Positions 48,716 to 59,321 of a stretch of DNA of 64,000 nt are shown piece after piece. Location: positions 186,001 through 250,000 of IMG/VR virus record IMGVR_UViG_3300043436_004687; one strand, 5' to 3'. The number at the start of each line of letters is the position of its first letter. The stretch's first letter is position 1. Under the pieces are notes generated by a model that was not told where the DNA came from, did not search any database, and was given only the letters and a program-made list of their open reading frames with translations. The position numbers and the translations under genes were made by a program.

Positions 48716-49009
48716 CTATTGTTTTTTTATGTTATTATAAAAATAAGATTTAATTTCGTTTAATGATGAAATTATCTGTTGTTTAGTTGCTTTATCGTCT
48801 TCATCCATTTTGCCAGCTTTTACTTCCCAAAGAGTTGTTATTTTAATAACTTCTTTGGATAACAAATCTTTATCGGCCTCGGCTTTAACCAATCTTTTGG
48901 CTAACCACCAAACAATAATACCCATTACAACCACTACTGGCGCTTGTTCTAATAACCAAGGGCCTATATCAATATTAGGTGTTGTATTTGTAGTTAAAAA
49001 ATTAATCAT
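48716..49009 (-). CDS. Single-TM holin-like membrane protein
   Basis: TM segment APVVVVMGIIVWWL followed by a charged coiled coil (BhlA-like layout). Confidence 0.5.
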   Translation of the reverse strand: MINFLTTNTTPNIDIGPWLLEQAPVVVVMGIIVWWLAKRLVKAEADKDLLSKEVIKITTLWEVKAGKMDEDDKATKQQIISSLNEIKSYFYNNIKKQ

Positions 49010-49775
49010 GGAATGCTTTTTTTAATTCTATTAATTTTGAAATATTAGTTTTAAAAGTTTCTTCTACATATTCAATTCCTAATAAACTTTCTTTTACATT
49101 TAATAATGTTTCTTTTTCAAGTAAATTATCATTACCAATTAACTTTTTATTAACTAATTCGGTACATTCATTTTTTAAATTAACTAATATTTCTTTTTTC
49201 TTTTCTAAATTTGATTCAAATATTGTTTTTAGAATTTTTTTTTCATAATCGTTAAGATTACTATATTTTTCGTTGAATTTTTCCACCATTAAATTCCCTA
49301 TAAAACTATTTGGTGGTATTGATTCATTTAAACTAGACTTATTTATTAAATTTGTTTTGTTATACTTGACAATATTACTTAAAGATTCAACAATAGAATC
49401 AACATTTTTATTTCTAAAAATAAGGGTTGTTATATCATCGTGTAAATCACTTCTATTATAATCACTTTCAACTAAATTGATTTTGTATTTAGAAAGAATT
49501 GATTTTAATTTTTTATTCTCATTAACAATTTCTTTTTTTGAAAAATTATTTAAAAGATTTATATTCTCTTTAATAAATTCAGAAGCTTTAAATTCATCAA
49601 TTTCATTTTTATTTTCAATATTATAATAAACATTAAATTGTGTTTTTAAAATATTACTTTCTTTTAAAGTTTTTAAAAATTCTTTGTAAATGTTTTTATG
49701 TTCACTAGTTTTATTACTTATATCTTCAACCAGTAAATTATTGAATGTAGTCTTCAATCTTCCAAAATTTTGCAT
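49002..49775 (-). CDS. Hypothetical head-module protein
   Basis: 257-aa helical ORF downstream of the portal gene. Confidence 0.7.
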   Translation of the reverse strand: MQNFGRLKTTFNNLLVEDISNKTSEHKNIYKEFLKTLKESNILKTQFNVYYNIENKNEIDEFKASEFIKENINLLNNFSKKEIVNENKKLKSILSKYKINLVESDYNRSDLHDDITTLIFRNKNVDSIVESLSNIVKYNKTNLINKSSLNESIPPNSFIGNLMVEKFNEKYSNLNDYEKKILKTIFESNLEKKKEILVNLKNECTELVNKKLIGNDNLLEKETLLNVKESLLGIEYVEETFKTNISKLIELKKAFHD

Positions 49776-49809
49776 ATTTACTTTTTATAAATAAATATGC
49801 GAAATTTAT

Positions 49810-51849
49810 TTATAAATTAAGTTTTTCATCAATTTCATTTATCATTTTATTTATAGAATCATTAATTTTTAAATTTTTGTCAAATATCTTAACAGGTTTT
49901 ATGTTTTTAACTGATTTTTTATTAAATGATTCCATCAACTTATTTTCATAAATTTGTTGATATTTGTTAACTTTTTTTGTTTGTTTATTTATCAATAATT
50001 CTTTTCTTTCAGTAAGTATGTTTTCTATTTTTTTGATACTTTCAACTGGAAATTCTTTATCAATTTCTTTTGAGGTGTCCTCCATATCAGCTTCGGTATT
50101 ATCATCCTCTAAATTAGCATCGCTTTCTTCATCACCAAACCCATCCTCATTATTAGTTTCATCGCTATTTTCTAAATCAGTTTCATCTTCATCACCAAAA
50201 TCTAAATCAGTATCACCGAATCCGCCCCCACCGAATCCACCTCCACTACCTGATGGTCCACCATCTTCTCCACCATCTTCTGGTACAACACCACCTTCTT
50301 TAGCGGCATCCATATCACCATATATTTTATCTACTTTATCATAAAGACCTGTATGTTTAATTACATTTGCGGTGTTTTCTAATTCAGCGGCAGCGGCTTT
50401 TTCCATTCTTTGTTCTAATAACATTTGTCTAATATCATCATCAGAACGACCAAGTATTTCTTTTTGTGCTTGTGTCATAGACATTGCACCATAACCATTT
50501 CCAGCATCGCTAACAGCATCTTTATACAGAGAAATTTTAGTTTGCATGTGCTCAACTTTAAGCATTTCGGCTTGTGTTGATGGATTATTTAATGTTAATG
50601 TGAAATTATCTAAATCATCTTCAAATCCTAATAAATATAAATGAATTATTGCGATTTTATTTAATTCTTGAATAATAGCTTGTTGTATTTTATTTATTGT
50701 TCTAGAAAAACGAATATCTTGTAATGCTAAATTTTTACCATCACCTGTTGCATCATCAAAATTTAAAAATGATTTTGGGGTTCTTAATGCGGTAAATAAT
50801 TTTTTCTGTAAATGTTCAATATCTTCGACAACACCTAAATTTGTTGAACCAGGTAACGTATCAATTGGATTTGGTGCATTATCACCTCTGACTGGAACGA
50901 AATAATCTTCTGTGTTATTAGCGACATTATAGCGCATATCCATTTGACCAGTTTGTGGATCGATTAAGGGTTTTTTCTTAAATCTAGCGGCAATCTTATC
51001 CATAAATGGTGCAACATCAGCCTCATCTATATTACCAACATTTATTTTAAATACTTTTCTTTCTCCAGCCCTTGTTAACCTATCAATTAACATTGCATCT
51101 TCAGCCATACATAACATTCTATGTATTTTTCTAACTTTCTCTAATATGCTAACCCCATAAGGTAATTTTCTATCATCACCTAACAACCTAAAATGCGCTA
51201 TTTGCCAAGTTCTGTATTCAATATTCTTACCTTTCCAAATAAATTTAGTTTCGTTTTCTTTTAAATTTAAATTATTGAAATTATATAAATCACCCTCTTT
51301 TCTTTCTATTTCATAATTAGGTAATTGTCTACACCCTAAAACACCTCTTTTATCATCAATATTTAATAACACAAAATTATCACCATATTTAGTTAAATTT
51401 CTTCCCCACATAGGCAAACTAGTGTGTAAATCTAATCTATTAATAAATAAATCCTTTAGAATTGATTTTACCCTCTTACTACTAGAGTATATATTTATCA
51501 TTTCCCCATTACCATTTAATGTTGAAATTTCTTCGGAAAATATGTCAAGAGTTGCTGCAATTTCTGGGTAAAATTCCATAGCTTCAAAATCTGAATAGGA
51601 GCCTATTCTACTGTTTTCGTTGAATAAAGCTTTTTGGTACATCTCATTATCAACTTTTTGCCAAGTGTTGGCTAGGTATTTATTTTGAAGTGCTTGTTTT
51701 TTAGCAAGTTCAAATTCTTCTTTAGATTGTGTTCTTAATATTTCCTTATTATCTAATTTATAATTATTAGTAACGTTATTAGGTAAGTTTACACCATCTT
51801 TCGTAAAAATATCACTTAACTTATTAAATATTGTTTTTTTTTCAGACAT
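49810..51849 (-). CDS. Portal protein (T4 gp20-like)
   Basis: YPEIAATLDI, KYGDNF, AHFRL...PYG.SILE, AEDAMLI.R..RA.ER.VF..NVGN, EDYF.PVRG, IDTLPG. Confidence 0.96.
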   Translation of the reverse strand: MSEKKTIFNKLSDIFTKDGVNLPNNVTNNYKLDNKEILRTQSKEEFELAKKQALQNKYLANTWQKVDNEMYQKALFNENSRIGSYSDFEAMEFYPEIAATLDIFSEEISTLNGNGEMINIYSSSKRVKSILKDLFINRLDLHTSLPMWGRNLTKYGDNFVLLNIDDKRGVLGCRQLPNYEIERKEGDLYNFNNLNLKENETKFIWKGKNIEYRTWQIAHFRLLGDDRKLPYGVSILEKVRKIHRMLCMAEDAMLIDRLTRAGERKVFKINVGNIDEADVAPFMDKIAARFKKKPLIDPQTGQMDMRYNVANNTEDYFVPVRGDNAPNPIDTLPGSTNLGVVEDIEHLQKKLFTALRTPKSFLNFDDATGDGKNLALQDIRFSRTINKIQQAIIQELNKIAIIHLYLLGFEDDLDNFTLTLNNPSTQAEMLKVEHMQTKISLYKDAVSDAGNGYGAMSMTQAQKEILGRSDDDIRQMLLEQRMEKAAAAELENTANVIKHTGLYDKVDKIYGDMDAAKEGGVVPEDGGEDGGPSGSGGGFGGGGFGDTDLDFGDEDETDLENSDETNNEDGFGDEESDANLEDDNTEADMEDTSKEIDKEFPVESIKKIENILTERKELLINKQTKKVNKYQQIYENKLMESFNKKSVKNIKPVKIFDKNLKINDSINKMINEIDEKLNL

Positions 51850-51903
51850 TATTTTATATTATTTCTTTTATTTAATATAACCTTTTTATTGTTTTAATAA
51901 AGA

Positions 51904-52140
51904 TTATTGGACATATCCACATTCAACATAAGCAAATCTATGTTCTTCACCATTTATTATTTGAAAATCATAAACATATGTCGTTTGATAATCCTCCCCT
52001 TGTGAGAATGGTTTTGCCTTACAACCAGTTGGTAAACCAGTTGTATAATGGGTCATTTTTTTTATTATGTTAGTCTCTGGTGACCATTTATATAAAAAAC
52101 CAGTGTATGGTTTTCTTGTAAATACTTGTTTTTCTTTCAT
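51904..52140 (-). CDS. Hypothetical protein
   Basis: 78-aa ORF between TerL and portal. Confidence 0.65.
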   Translation of the reverse strand: MKEKQVFTRKPYTGFLYKWSPETNIIKKMTHYTTGLPTGCKAKPFSQGEDYQTTYVYDFQIINGEEHRFAYVECGYVQ

Positions 52141-52151
52141 TTTTATAAATA

Positions 52152-53918
52152 TTATCTCATACTAGCAAAAAGCCAACTATAATTATTATTAGGGTCTTGA
52201 GTATTTTGGGTTACATATCTTGGAACATTATTATATTCGTTCATTAATTTCCCACCAACAGAATTAGTTTGTAATTCATTTCCACTAGTTAATCCCCAAG
52301 CATTTAACATGGCTTTGGTTTGATTTGCGGCTTTTTTAAGTTTTTTGAAAGAATTTTCTAATACCCATAAAGCCATACCAAGACACATTAATAAATCGTC
52401 ATGGTAACCCTCCATGTGATCTGGTCTACCATTTTTATAAATGAATGTTTTCATTTCAGCAGTCATTGCTTTGGATTTTATTTTTATTCCTTCTGTCCTT
52501 ACCATTATTTCTAAATTAGAAATTAGTTGTAATCTAACACCAGTCATGCAAAAACCAGCCACCTTTCCGTTAGGGTCCGAAACATCCCCCTCAACTAATT
52601 GAACATTAGCATTGCTAGAAGATTTATCATAATGCATATTAGGACAACCAAGTTCAATTAATTTTAGAACAGTTGTCAAACCAACACCAATGTTATCGAC
52701 AACAACATATGCATTGTATTTAATTCCGTATTCTTTAATTATATTAGCAAATAAATCTGGTTGTATTTTACCCTGATATTCAGCAACTTCTTCCATTGTC
52801 GTAAAATCAATAATAACAAATGCTGAACTATCACTACCATCGCCCCTAGATACATCCGCAGCCAAAATATATTCATGTCCCTCAATCGGTAATTCCCAAA
52901 CTTTAACTAATCCAGAATTACCATCAAACCATGTTTTATCTATAAATTTAGGATCTTCAACATATTTCCTATTTTGGTTATCAATATCTTCATCATCAAT
53001 TACATTACCCCCAGAACCTAAAAATGAAACGTCTAACTCTTGTGCAATTCTCCTTTTATCATTATTCATACCCTTACACATACTCACGTACCAAGATGAT
53101 GTCGGTTTATAACCCAATTTAATCATCTTTTCATAAGACTCATAAGTAAATTCAATTTCTTCAATAGGTTCTTGATCCTTCATCAACCATTTCAAATCTT
53201 TATTATATCTAGGATCTTGATACCATTTCATTTCAATTATATTATATTCATTTTCACCTTTTATTGATTGTTCGTATGTCTTATAATATAAACCATCAAA
53301 ACCATTTGGTGTACTAATTAAAATGGCTTTCCCTCCAGTACTTAAACTGGTAATTGCATTACCATATAAAATGGCTCCATTGTCAACAAAAGCTGCCTCA
53401 TCAAAAATTAAATAAGTTGGTGCATATCCACGTAGTGCATCAACAGAAGTTGCCACTGCAATTATTGTTGTCCCATTAGGTAATATTATTTCTATTTGAG
53501 AATCTTTAATAAAAATAGATTTTTTTTCTTTTTCTGGTGTGCCATAGTATTCAGCCCCCCAAACCCATCTTGGTAATTGAGCAATAAAATCTTTAATACC
53601 CTTTAAAAATTTTTTAGCTAATGTTAATTTATTTGCAATAACCACAATAATTTCTGGGTTTTCTTTACTTGCAAAACTACCTTTTATTGCCATGTATGCT
53701 TGGGTTGTTGTAGAAATACCAGCTTGTCTTGGTTTGGTGATTAAATTAAATCTAAACTTTTCGAAACAATTTATAATTTCAGCTTGTTTTTTGAATAATT
53801 TAAAAGGAACAAACCCTTCCTGAGTTTTATCAAAAGTTCGTAAATAGTTAATAATCGCATATTTTGGATCCATTAAACATTTAGCATATTCTTTAAGAAT
53901 TTCAGAATGTGTTAGCAT
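52152..53918 (-). CDS. terL: Terminase large subunit (T4 gp17-like)
   Basis: KPRQAGIST, LIFDEAAF, ISTPNG, QELDVSF; nuclease motifs AADVSRGDG.D and HDDL.M. Confidence 0.96.
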   Translation of the reverse strand: MLTHSEILKEYAKCLMDPKYAIINYLRTFDKTQEGFVPFKLFKKQAEIINCFEKFRFNLITKPRQAGISTTTQAYMAIKGSFASKENPEIIVVIANKLTLAKKFLKGIKDFIAQLPRWVWGAEYYGTPEKEKKSIFIKDSQIEIILPNGTTIIAVATSVDALRGYAPTYLIFDEAAFVDNGAILYGNAITSLSTGGKAILISTPNGFDGLYYKTYEQSIKGENEYNIIEMKWYQDPRYNKDLKWLMKDQEPIEEIEFTYESYEKMIKLGYKPTSSWYVSMCKGMNNDKRRIAQELDVSFLGSGGNVIDDEDIDNQNRKYVEDPKFIDKTWFDGNSGLVKVWELPIEGHEYILAADVSRGDGSDSSAFVIIDFTTMEEVAEYQGKIQPDLFANIIKEYGIKYNAYVVVDNIGVGLTTVLKLIELGCPNMHYDKSSSNANVQLVEGDVSDPNGKVAGFCMTGVRLQLISNLEIMVRTEGIKIKSKAMTAEMKTFIYKNGRPDHMEGYHDDLLMCLGMALWVLENSFKKLKKAANQTKAMLNAWGLTSGNELQTNSVGGKLMNEYNNVPRYVTQNTQDPNNNYSWLFASMR

Positions 53919-53957
53919 GAGGTTTTTATTAATAAATAGAAGATAGTGAATAAAAAC

Positions 53958-53993
53958 AAAAAAGCCGTTACAAATATTTGTAACGGCTTTTTT
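53958..53993. terminator. Palindromic terminator
   Basis: Perfect 36-bp palindrome aaaaaagccgttacaaat|atttgtaacggctttttt. Confidence 0.88.
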
Positions 53994-54007
53994 CTAACCA
54001 ATTAGTT

Positions 54008-55204
54008 TTATTCCCAATCTAATGTATCTATATCGTCAATGTTTAATGAATCTTCATCACTATATTCATTTAAACTAAAATTTAAATCATCATTTATTAT
54101 ATCTTTCTTTATTCTATCACTAAGATTCATTATTATTTTTTTACCTTCTTTAGTCCCAGCCATAATCTCCCTCATAGATAAATTAAATTCTTTTACTGGT
54201 AGGGAAACTATTTCTTGGAAAATATGATGTTTTAAATGAAAATCAGCTGGTTCAATCATTTCAGTAAATTGTTCCCAAATTGGTGGTCCTAATCTTATAT
54301 CCCATGTTTCAGCTGCAATAAAATCGGCTTTCCCTAAAACATATTCACTTAATTTTAAATCTTTAGGTAATCCATGAGAAGCTAATAATTCCATAGCCCC
54401 TTTAACCAGTTCATGAATTAAAACTGGTAAAGTCATTGCCTGAGCATGTAACTTAGGTTTATCGTTTTCATTTTTAGGGAATTCTACTTTAATAATCCCA
54501 CCAGCATGTTTAGGTTCTGAATCATCAACAACTAAATATGCGTAATCAGCAGCGGTCATTAGTTTTGAATATAATTGAGGTAACTTGTGATTAATATTCA
54601 TTAATTCATCTTGAATTAAATGAAACATATGATTTGTTTTCATTGAAGCACCTTGAATCATTGTATTTATGAAACGTCTTTTATAAACTTCATCATTAGC
54701 GTTTTCAATACTAGCGTGATTATCAAAATCCATTTCTTCAATAGTTACTGGGGACGGGTTTTTTTTAATTCCTTCAATGTCGATATCTGTGGTTAATTCT
54801 GCAACTATCTCAACATCATCTTCAGACATATCGAATTCATGTCTAACTAAGTTTATTGCTAAATCTTCTAATTTTTTTTTATTTTTTACTTCGTTTTTTA
54901 TACAATCATAAATTAAATTTACTGTATTATCTCGAAGTTCATCCATATCTATATTATCAAGTTCATGAACTCTTTTATAGTTCTTTAAAACATCTAAAAA
55001 ACGCCTAGAAATCATCTTTTCTTCAAAATGCGTTTCATCACTAGCTGGAAATATTGGATGGTTCCCTAAAGAATGATTTCGTTTTCTTAATTGAATAGAT
55101 AAATTAGGGTGTATTCTTTCAGAATGTCCTGAATCATAATTTATTCTACCTTCATTAATTTTTAAATGAAGTGCTCTTTTAGCTAATTCTTTAAATTTAT
55201 CCAT
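54008..55204 (-). CDS. Hypothetical head-module protein
   Basis: 398-aa ORF (KRRFIN..IQGA, PVLIHELVKG). Confidence 0.7.
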   Translation of the reverse strand: MDKFKELAKRALHLKINEGRINYDSGHSERIHPNLSIQLRKRNHSLGNHPIFPASDETHFEEKMISRRFLDVLKNYKRVHELDNIDMDELRDNTVNLIYDCIKNEVKNKKKLEDLAINLVRHEFDMSEDDVEIVAELTTDIDIEGIKKNPSPVTIEEMDFDNHASIENANDEVYKRRFINTMIQGASMKTNHMFHLIQDELMNINHKLPQLYSKLMTAADYAYLVVDDSEPKHAGGIIKVEFPKNENDKPKLHAQAMTLPVLIHELVKGAMELLASHGLPKDLKLSEYVLGKADFIAAETWDIRLGPPIWEQFTEMIEPADFHLKHHIFQEIVSLPVKEFNLSMREIMAGTKEGKKIIMNLSDRIKKDIINDDLNFSLNEYSDEDSLNIDDIDTLDWE

Positions 55205-56072
55205 TTTTTATTTTAATAAATTCTTCTAACTTTTTTTTACTTATAATTGGTTTAACTGTTTCGTTCATTTTTTTTGATAATTCTTCCCAATCTTGTTCAG
55301 TTAACTCTTCCTCATTTGTTTTAACGCAATTATTTACTCTCTTCCCATTATCAATTTTAGTACCAACTTTTTTATAACCAGCCCAACATTTTTTTTCGTT
55401 TAAAGAATCGCCATTTAAATCTTCTAAATTTAAATCATATTCATTTAAAACTTCTTCAATTTTTGAGATTGGTGTGGTTTCTTTATATTTAAAATATAAA
55501 TTTAAAATACTCTCTTTCAGATCGATATTAAAATTACCAGCCTTTTGTGCTAATTTATGTAATTCATTTAAATCAAATGTTTTTTCCTCGTTTGGAGTTT
55601 CATTTATATCATTAGTTTGAAGTGAATTATTTTTATGTTTTTTTAAAGCAGCTGTATACAATCTTTTTATTAATTTTAAATAAGGTATACCATCAAACTC
55701 CATATTTCTTTTTAATATGGTCTCACTTTCAATATCATTTTTATAAACACTTTTCGATTTTACTAATAACGAACCATTTTTATATAAAATCGGATAATAA
55801 ATATAAGGTTCTTCCCAGGTACTTGATTTATCAATTACAGGTATTGGATCTCCATCGGAATCAATTGCTGAGGTGATTAATTGATTTAAATCAAGTACAA
55901 ATTTTTCTATCTTAGGATTATTTTTCGCTGGTGCTTCGTTTATTTCAGCCTCATCGACAACCTTAACTATATCGTCTTTTTTTAATTTTGGTAAAAGAGC
56001 ATCAACGTTTTTAGCGTTTGCCATGAACTTCGCTTCTAAGATAGCTTTTATAAATGTTTTTTTTGTATTCAT
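55197..56072 (-). CDS. Hypothetical protein with CW.GY...G.K...VNNCV microdomain
   Basis: 291-aa ORF with several (I/L)NE motifs. Confidence 0.7.
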   Translation of the reverse strand: MNTKKTFIKAILEAKFMANAKNVDALLPKLKKDDIVKVVDEAEINEAPAKNNPKIEKFVLDLNQLITSAIDSDGDPIPVIDKSSTWEEPYIYYPILYKNGSLLVKSKSVYKNDIESETILKRNMEFDGIPYLKLIKRLYTAALKKHKNNSLQTNDINETPNEEKTFDLNELHKLAQKAGNFNIDLKESILNLYFKYKETTPISKIEEVLNEYDLNLEDLNGDSLNEKKCWAGYKKVGTKIDNGKRVNNCVKTNEEELTEQDWEELSKKMNETVKPIISKKKLEEFIKIKNG

Positions 56073-56073
56073 T

Positions 56074-56466
56074 TTATTTTTTATATTTTAATGTTAAGTC
56101 TCTTTCATATAATAAATTATTAACTTGTTCCATAGTAACCCCAAAATGAATTATTAATCTATGTTCTGGGTAAGTAGTATGTGAACTTATATCTTCATAT
56201 ACTAAAGGTATTATCCCATCAATAGCATCCCAAAGACAAAAACAACTACTATCTTGCGCAAATAAAAAATCAATATCAGTTTCAAGTGTCCCAATTTTTT
56301 TTATGAAATTTTTATATGGCGGTTCAGGTCTACCACATGAAGGAATAGCGTCCCAATCTTCACCATCAACATCTTTTTTAACGTCTGAAAATATGAATTC
56401 CAAAATATTCTCACCATTATAATTTACACCAAGATTGTTAACATATATTAAATATAACTCATCCAT
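56074..56466 (-). CDS. Hypothetical protein
   Basis: 130-aa ORF. Confidence 0.7.
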   Translation of the reverse strand: MDELYLIYVNNLGVNYNGENILEFIFSDVKKDVDGEDWDAIPSCGRPEPPYKNFIKKIGTLETDIDFLFAQDSSCFCLWDAIDGIIPLVYEDISSHTTYPEHRLIIHFGVTMEQVNNLLYERDLTLKYKK

Positions 56467-56467
56467 A

Positions 56468-57945
56468 TTAATTTTGGGCTTTTGGTTCTGGGTTAGGCCT
56501 TGGGCTTATTTTCCAAGGTTTTTGTCTCCTAGTAGGAACAATATTTGGTGTTGTGGTTGGTTTAGTTATTGGTTGTACTGTTGTTTCTTCAGTAGCAATT
56601 TCATTAATTCTTTTCATAATAATTGATTTAAAACTATTTTCTGCAAATATAGTTTTATTTTCTTTTATATTCAAATTATTTAACTTTTTATTTTCACTAT
56701 CATCAACCCCTAATTTAGCATCAACAAACACTTGTTTATGATCTTTTGGTAAGATATTAATACCACCATTTGGCCAGCAACCAGATGGGTTAACCGACTC
56801 TTTACCCGTTTCATGTATTACATTTTCTTCTGTTGGTTGTTCATTACCATCTTCCGTTTCTTCTCCATTTATCGAATCGCCAAAATCATCATTTTTAGGT
56901 GTGTCATTCGAACCAGAAGTTTCAACTTTTTTTATAATATCGTTTTGATCTTCTTCCGACATATCAGCAGTATGTGTAGCCGAAATAACCGAATTAATTG
57001 CAAATTTTTCTAATTCTAAATCTGCATTACCTTGTTTTTCAGTATAATCTCTAATTGTTTGACCTAGTTTCCCAGAAAGTTGTTGAATGTATTTCACTGG
57101 GTCGCTATCAATATCAGCATCTACACCAGCATCAAATGGTTCTTTATCAAATGGTAAATTATCGGCTTCTTTTTCAGGTTCTTGAGTTGGGTTTTCATCA
57201 TTTAAACCTTCAAAACCATCTGATTGGTTATCAATAGGTGGTTCTTCATTTTTATTTTGATTATCTAACTTTAATTTATATTTAACTTCAGTTAAACTTT
57301 TTTTTTTAAATTATCAATTAAAATATTTTTTTCTGATTCTGATAGAGACTCGATTAACGTTTTAAATTGTTTGTTTCTCAATTCATTTTCACTAATAGCA
57401 TTTATAGCTTTAGTTATCTTTAATCTATTATTTTGAATATAATTTTCAACTACGGGTTCATCTACTAACATTTTATCAATTGCTTTATCAGTCTCTGACA
57501 TTTCAACTTCATCAATATTTTCATCTTCCTCTTCTTGATCTTCTTCAGCTCTATAGCTATGATACTCTATTAAATTATCATTTTCCAGTATATTTGTTGA
57601 ATTGGTTTTTCCTAAAGATTCCGCTAAACTAATAAACATTAAATTTAAACCTTTAGAGGCTTTTGAATAAGTAGGATATACTTTTTCTCTATAATTAGCC
57701 AAACCCCCAATATAATTAAAATCACTTTCATTTATATTGTTAACCTTATCAGTAGTTTTAATAAAATATTCGTGTTTTTCTCTTACGATACCATAAATCT
57801 TACCATCTGGACCACGTTTAGTTAACTCAACGGCTGATTTATTAAGCTTATTCTCGCTAATAGTAGTTACACCCATTAAAGATTTAGTTCTCTCTAATAA
57901 TTCATAACCTTTTAAGGTATTTGGATTTATATTATTTCTTTGCAT
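56468..57945 (-). CDS. Head-module protein, probably one ~492-aa product via -1 frameshift joining 57292-57945 to the frame of 56468-57097
   Basis: Upstream ORF ends TTA AAA AAA AAA GTT TAA (A10 tract, 57298-57307). The -1 frame is open from the tract (SLTEVKYKLKLD...PFDAGVDADIDSDPVKYIQQ) into the downstream ORF. Confidence 0.7.
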
Positions 57946-57958
57946 ATTTAAAATTTAA

Positions 57959-58219
57959 TTAATCATTTAAAAAGGGTAAACCAGTTTTTATATCTATTGG
58001 TCCACTACCAGAATAAAATATTCTGCTACCAACTAAAAATACATTGTTAGGTGAGGCAGAAGTACATGAGGTTACTAAAATATCTAATTTCATAGGTGGA
58101 ACAATAGTTATTGTTGTACCATTCAAAGTAACAGAAGTACTAGTGCTAGTAAAAATTTGATTATAAGTAAAAGCTGAAAAATTAGCTACTGATAAACTAT
58201 GGATTACATTTCCCATCAT
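57959..58219 (-). CDS. Small hypothetical (beta-rich) protein
   Basis: 86-aa ORF with upstream TATTTAT motif (58229-58235). Confidence 0.6.
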   Translation of the reverse strand: MMGNVIHSLSVANFSAFTYNQIFTSTSTSVTLNGTTITIVPPMKLDILVTSCTSASPNNVFLVGSRIFYSGSGPIDIKTGLPFLND

Positions 58220-58242
58220 ATTTTATTGATAAATATATTGAT

Positions 58243-58581
58243 TTAAGATAAAAACCAAATATAATACACTAATGCACCAACTAATCCTGACAAAGTACTA
58301 ACAATAATATCTTTATTAGATTCAAAAACTTCATTTTCAGTTTTATTAGCTCCAAAAAAAACTCCTTGACACCATTCCCATGCAAATGATAACCAAAGTA
58401 CTGTAAATGTTGATACAAAAATTTTAAACCATCCTGGAACACCATCAAAAGTAGGGTTAAAAAGCCAAAATGATATAATCCCTAATATTATTCCTATTGG
58501 GATATGTAAATGCCATTTATTACCAATTATTTTACTTAATGAAGTGAAATCAGTTAAAATTGAAATTAATATTTTTTTCAT
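58243..58581 (-). CDS. Membrane protein (about 3 TM segments)
   Basis: Hydrophobic segments; K.LH, WE..Q, KDII pattern (VanZ/YfiM-like). Confidence 0.65.
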   Translation of the reverse strand: MKKILISILTDFTSLSKIIGNKWHLHIPIGIILGIISFWLFNPTFDGVPGWFKIFVSTFTVLWLSFAWEWCQGVFFGANKTENEVFESNKDIIVSTLSGLVGALVYYIWFLS

Positions 58582-58590
58582 GTTCTTTAT

Positions 58591-59064
58591 TTATAAATAT
58601 TCAAAATTTATTATAAATGAAAAATCTTTTGGTGCTTTAGTGATTCCACCAAAATAAGGGTTTAGTTTATATCTCAAACAAGACCATTTTGAAGTTCTGG
58701 TAAAATATCTAACTATTTCATTAAAATTTACTTTATAATACCCATTTAAAATTTCTATTTTAAAATCATATTTTAAATTCTCTTCAATAAAATCAATTGG
58801 TATAATACTTCTAATCTTATTAGAGTAAATTATTACAACTATTTCTATTTTCCCCTTTTCTAAACTCCAACGCCAACCTAATCTAATGGAATCTTGGTGG
58901 TGAAAAAAATTATCCGAAAGACCAATTAATTTATTAGAGTCTTTTTGTTTTTCTATATGATAATAAAAATCACCAATAAATTCTACATTTCCACTAATTT
59001 GTTTTTTCATTGTAAAACTTGGGAAATTAAATGACTTATGGTTGTTTTTTTTAATTTTTATCAT
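58591..59064 (-). CDS. Hypothetical beta-sandwich protein
   Basis: NKLIGLS, SIRLGWRW, L.PYFGG. Confidence 0.65.
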   Translation of the reverse strand: MIKIKKNNHKSFNFPSFTMKKQISGNVEFIGDFYYHIEKQKDSNKLIGLSDNFFHHQDSIRLGWRWSLEKGKIEIVVIIYSNKIRSIIPIDFIEENLKYDFKIEILNGYYKVNFNEIVRYFTRTSKWSCLRYKLNPYFGGITKAPKDFSFIINFEYL

Positions 59065-59288
59065 TTTCTGAGATCCAAATATATCACTCCAAGACTAATT
59101 AACCCCAAACCTATTATTACCAATGGTTCACCAAAAGAAATTGTGATTAAAAGTAATAACGCCAATAACAAATATTTAGAAATAATAAATATTATTGAGG
59201 GTAAATCAATTTTTATTAATTTTGTTACAAAAAAAGATAAAATTAATATTGATAATAAAATAAATAAAGTTAATTTAATAGTTTCCAT
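59061..59288 (-). CDS. Small membrane protein
   Basis: 75 aa, almost entirely hydrophobic; ATGA overlap with the next gene. Confidence 0.6.
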   Translation of the reverse strand: METIKLTLFILLSILILSFFVTKLIKIDLPSIIFIISKYLLLALLLLITISFGEPLVIIGLGLISLGVIYLDLRK

Positions 59289-59321
59289 AAATTGGTTTAA
59301 TTATAAATATAACTATTCTAA

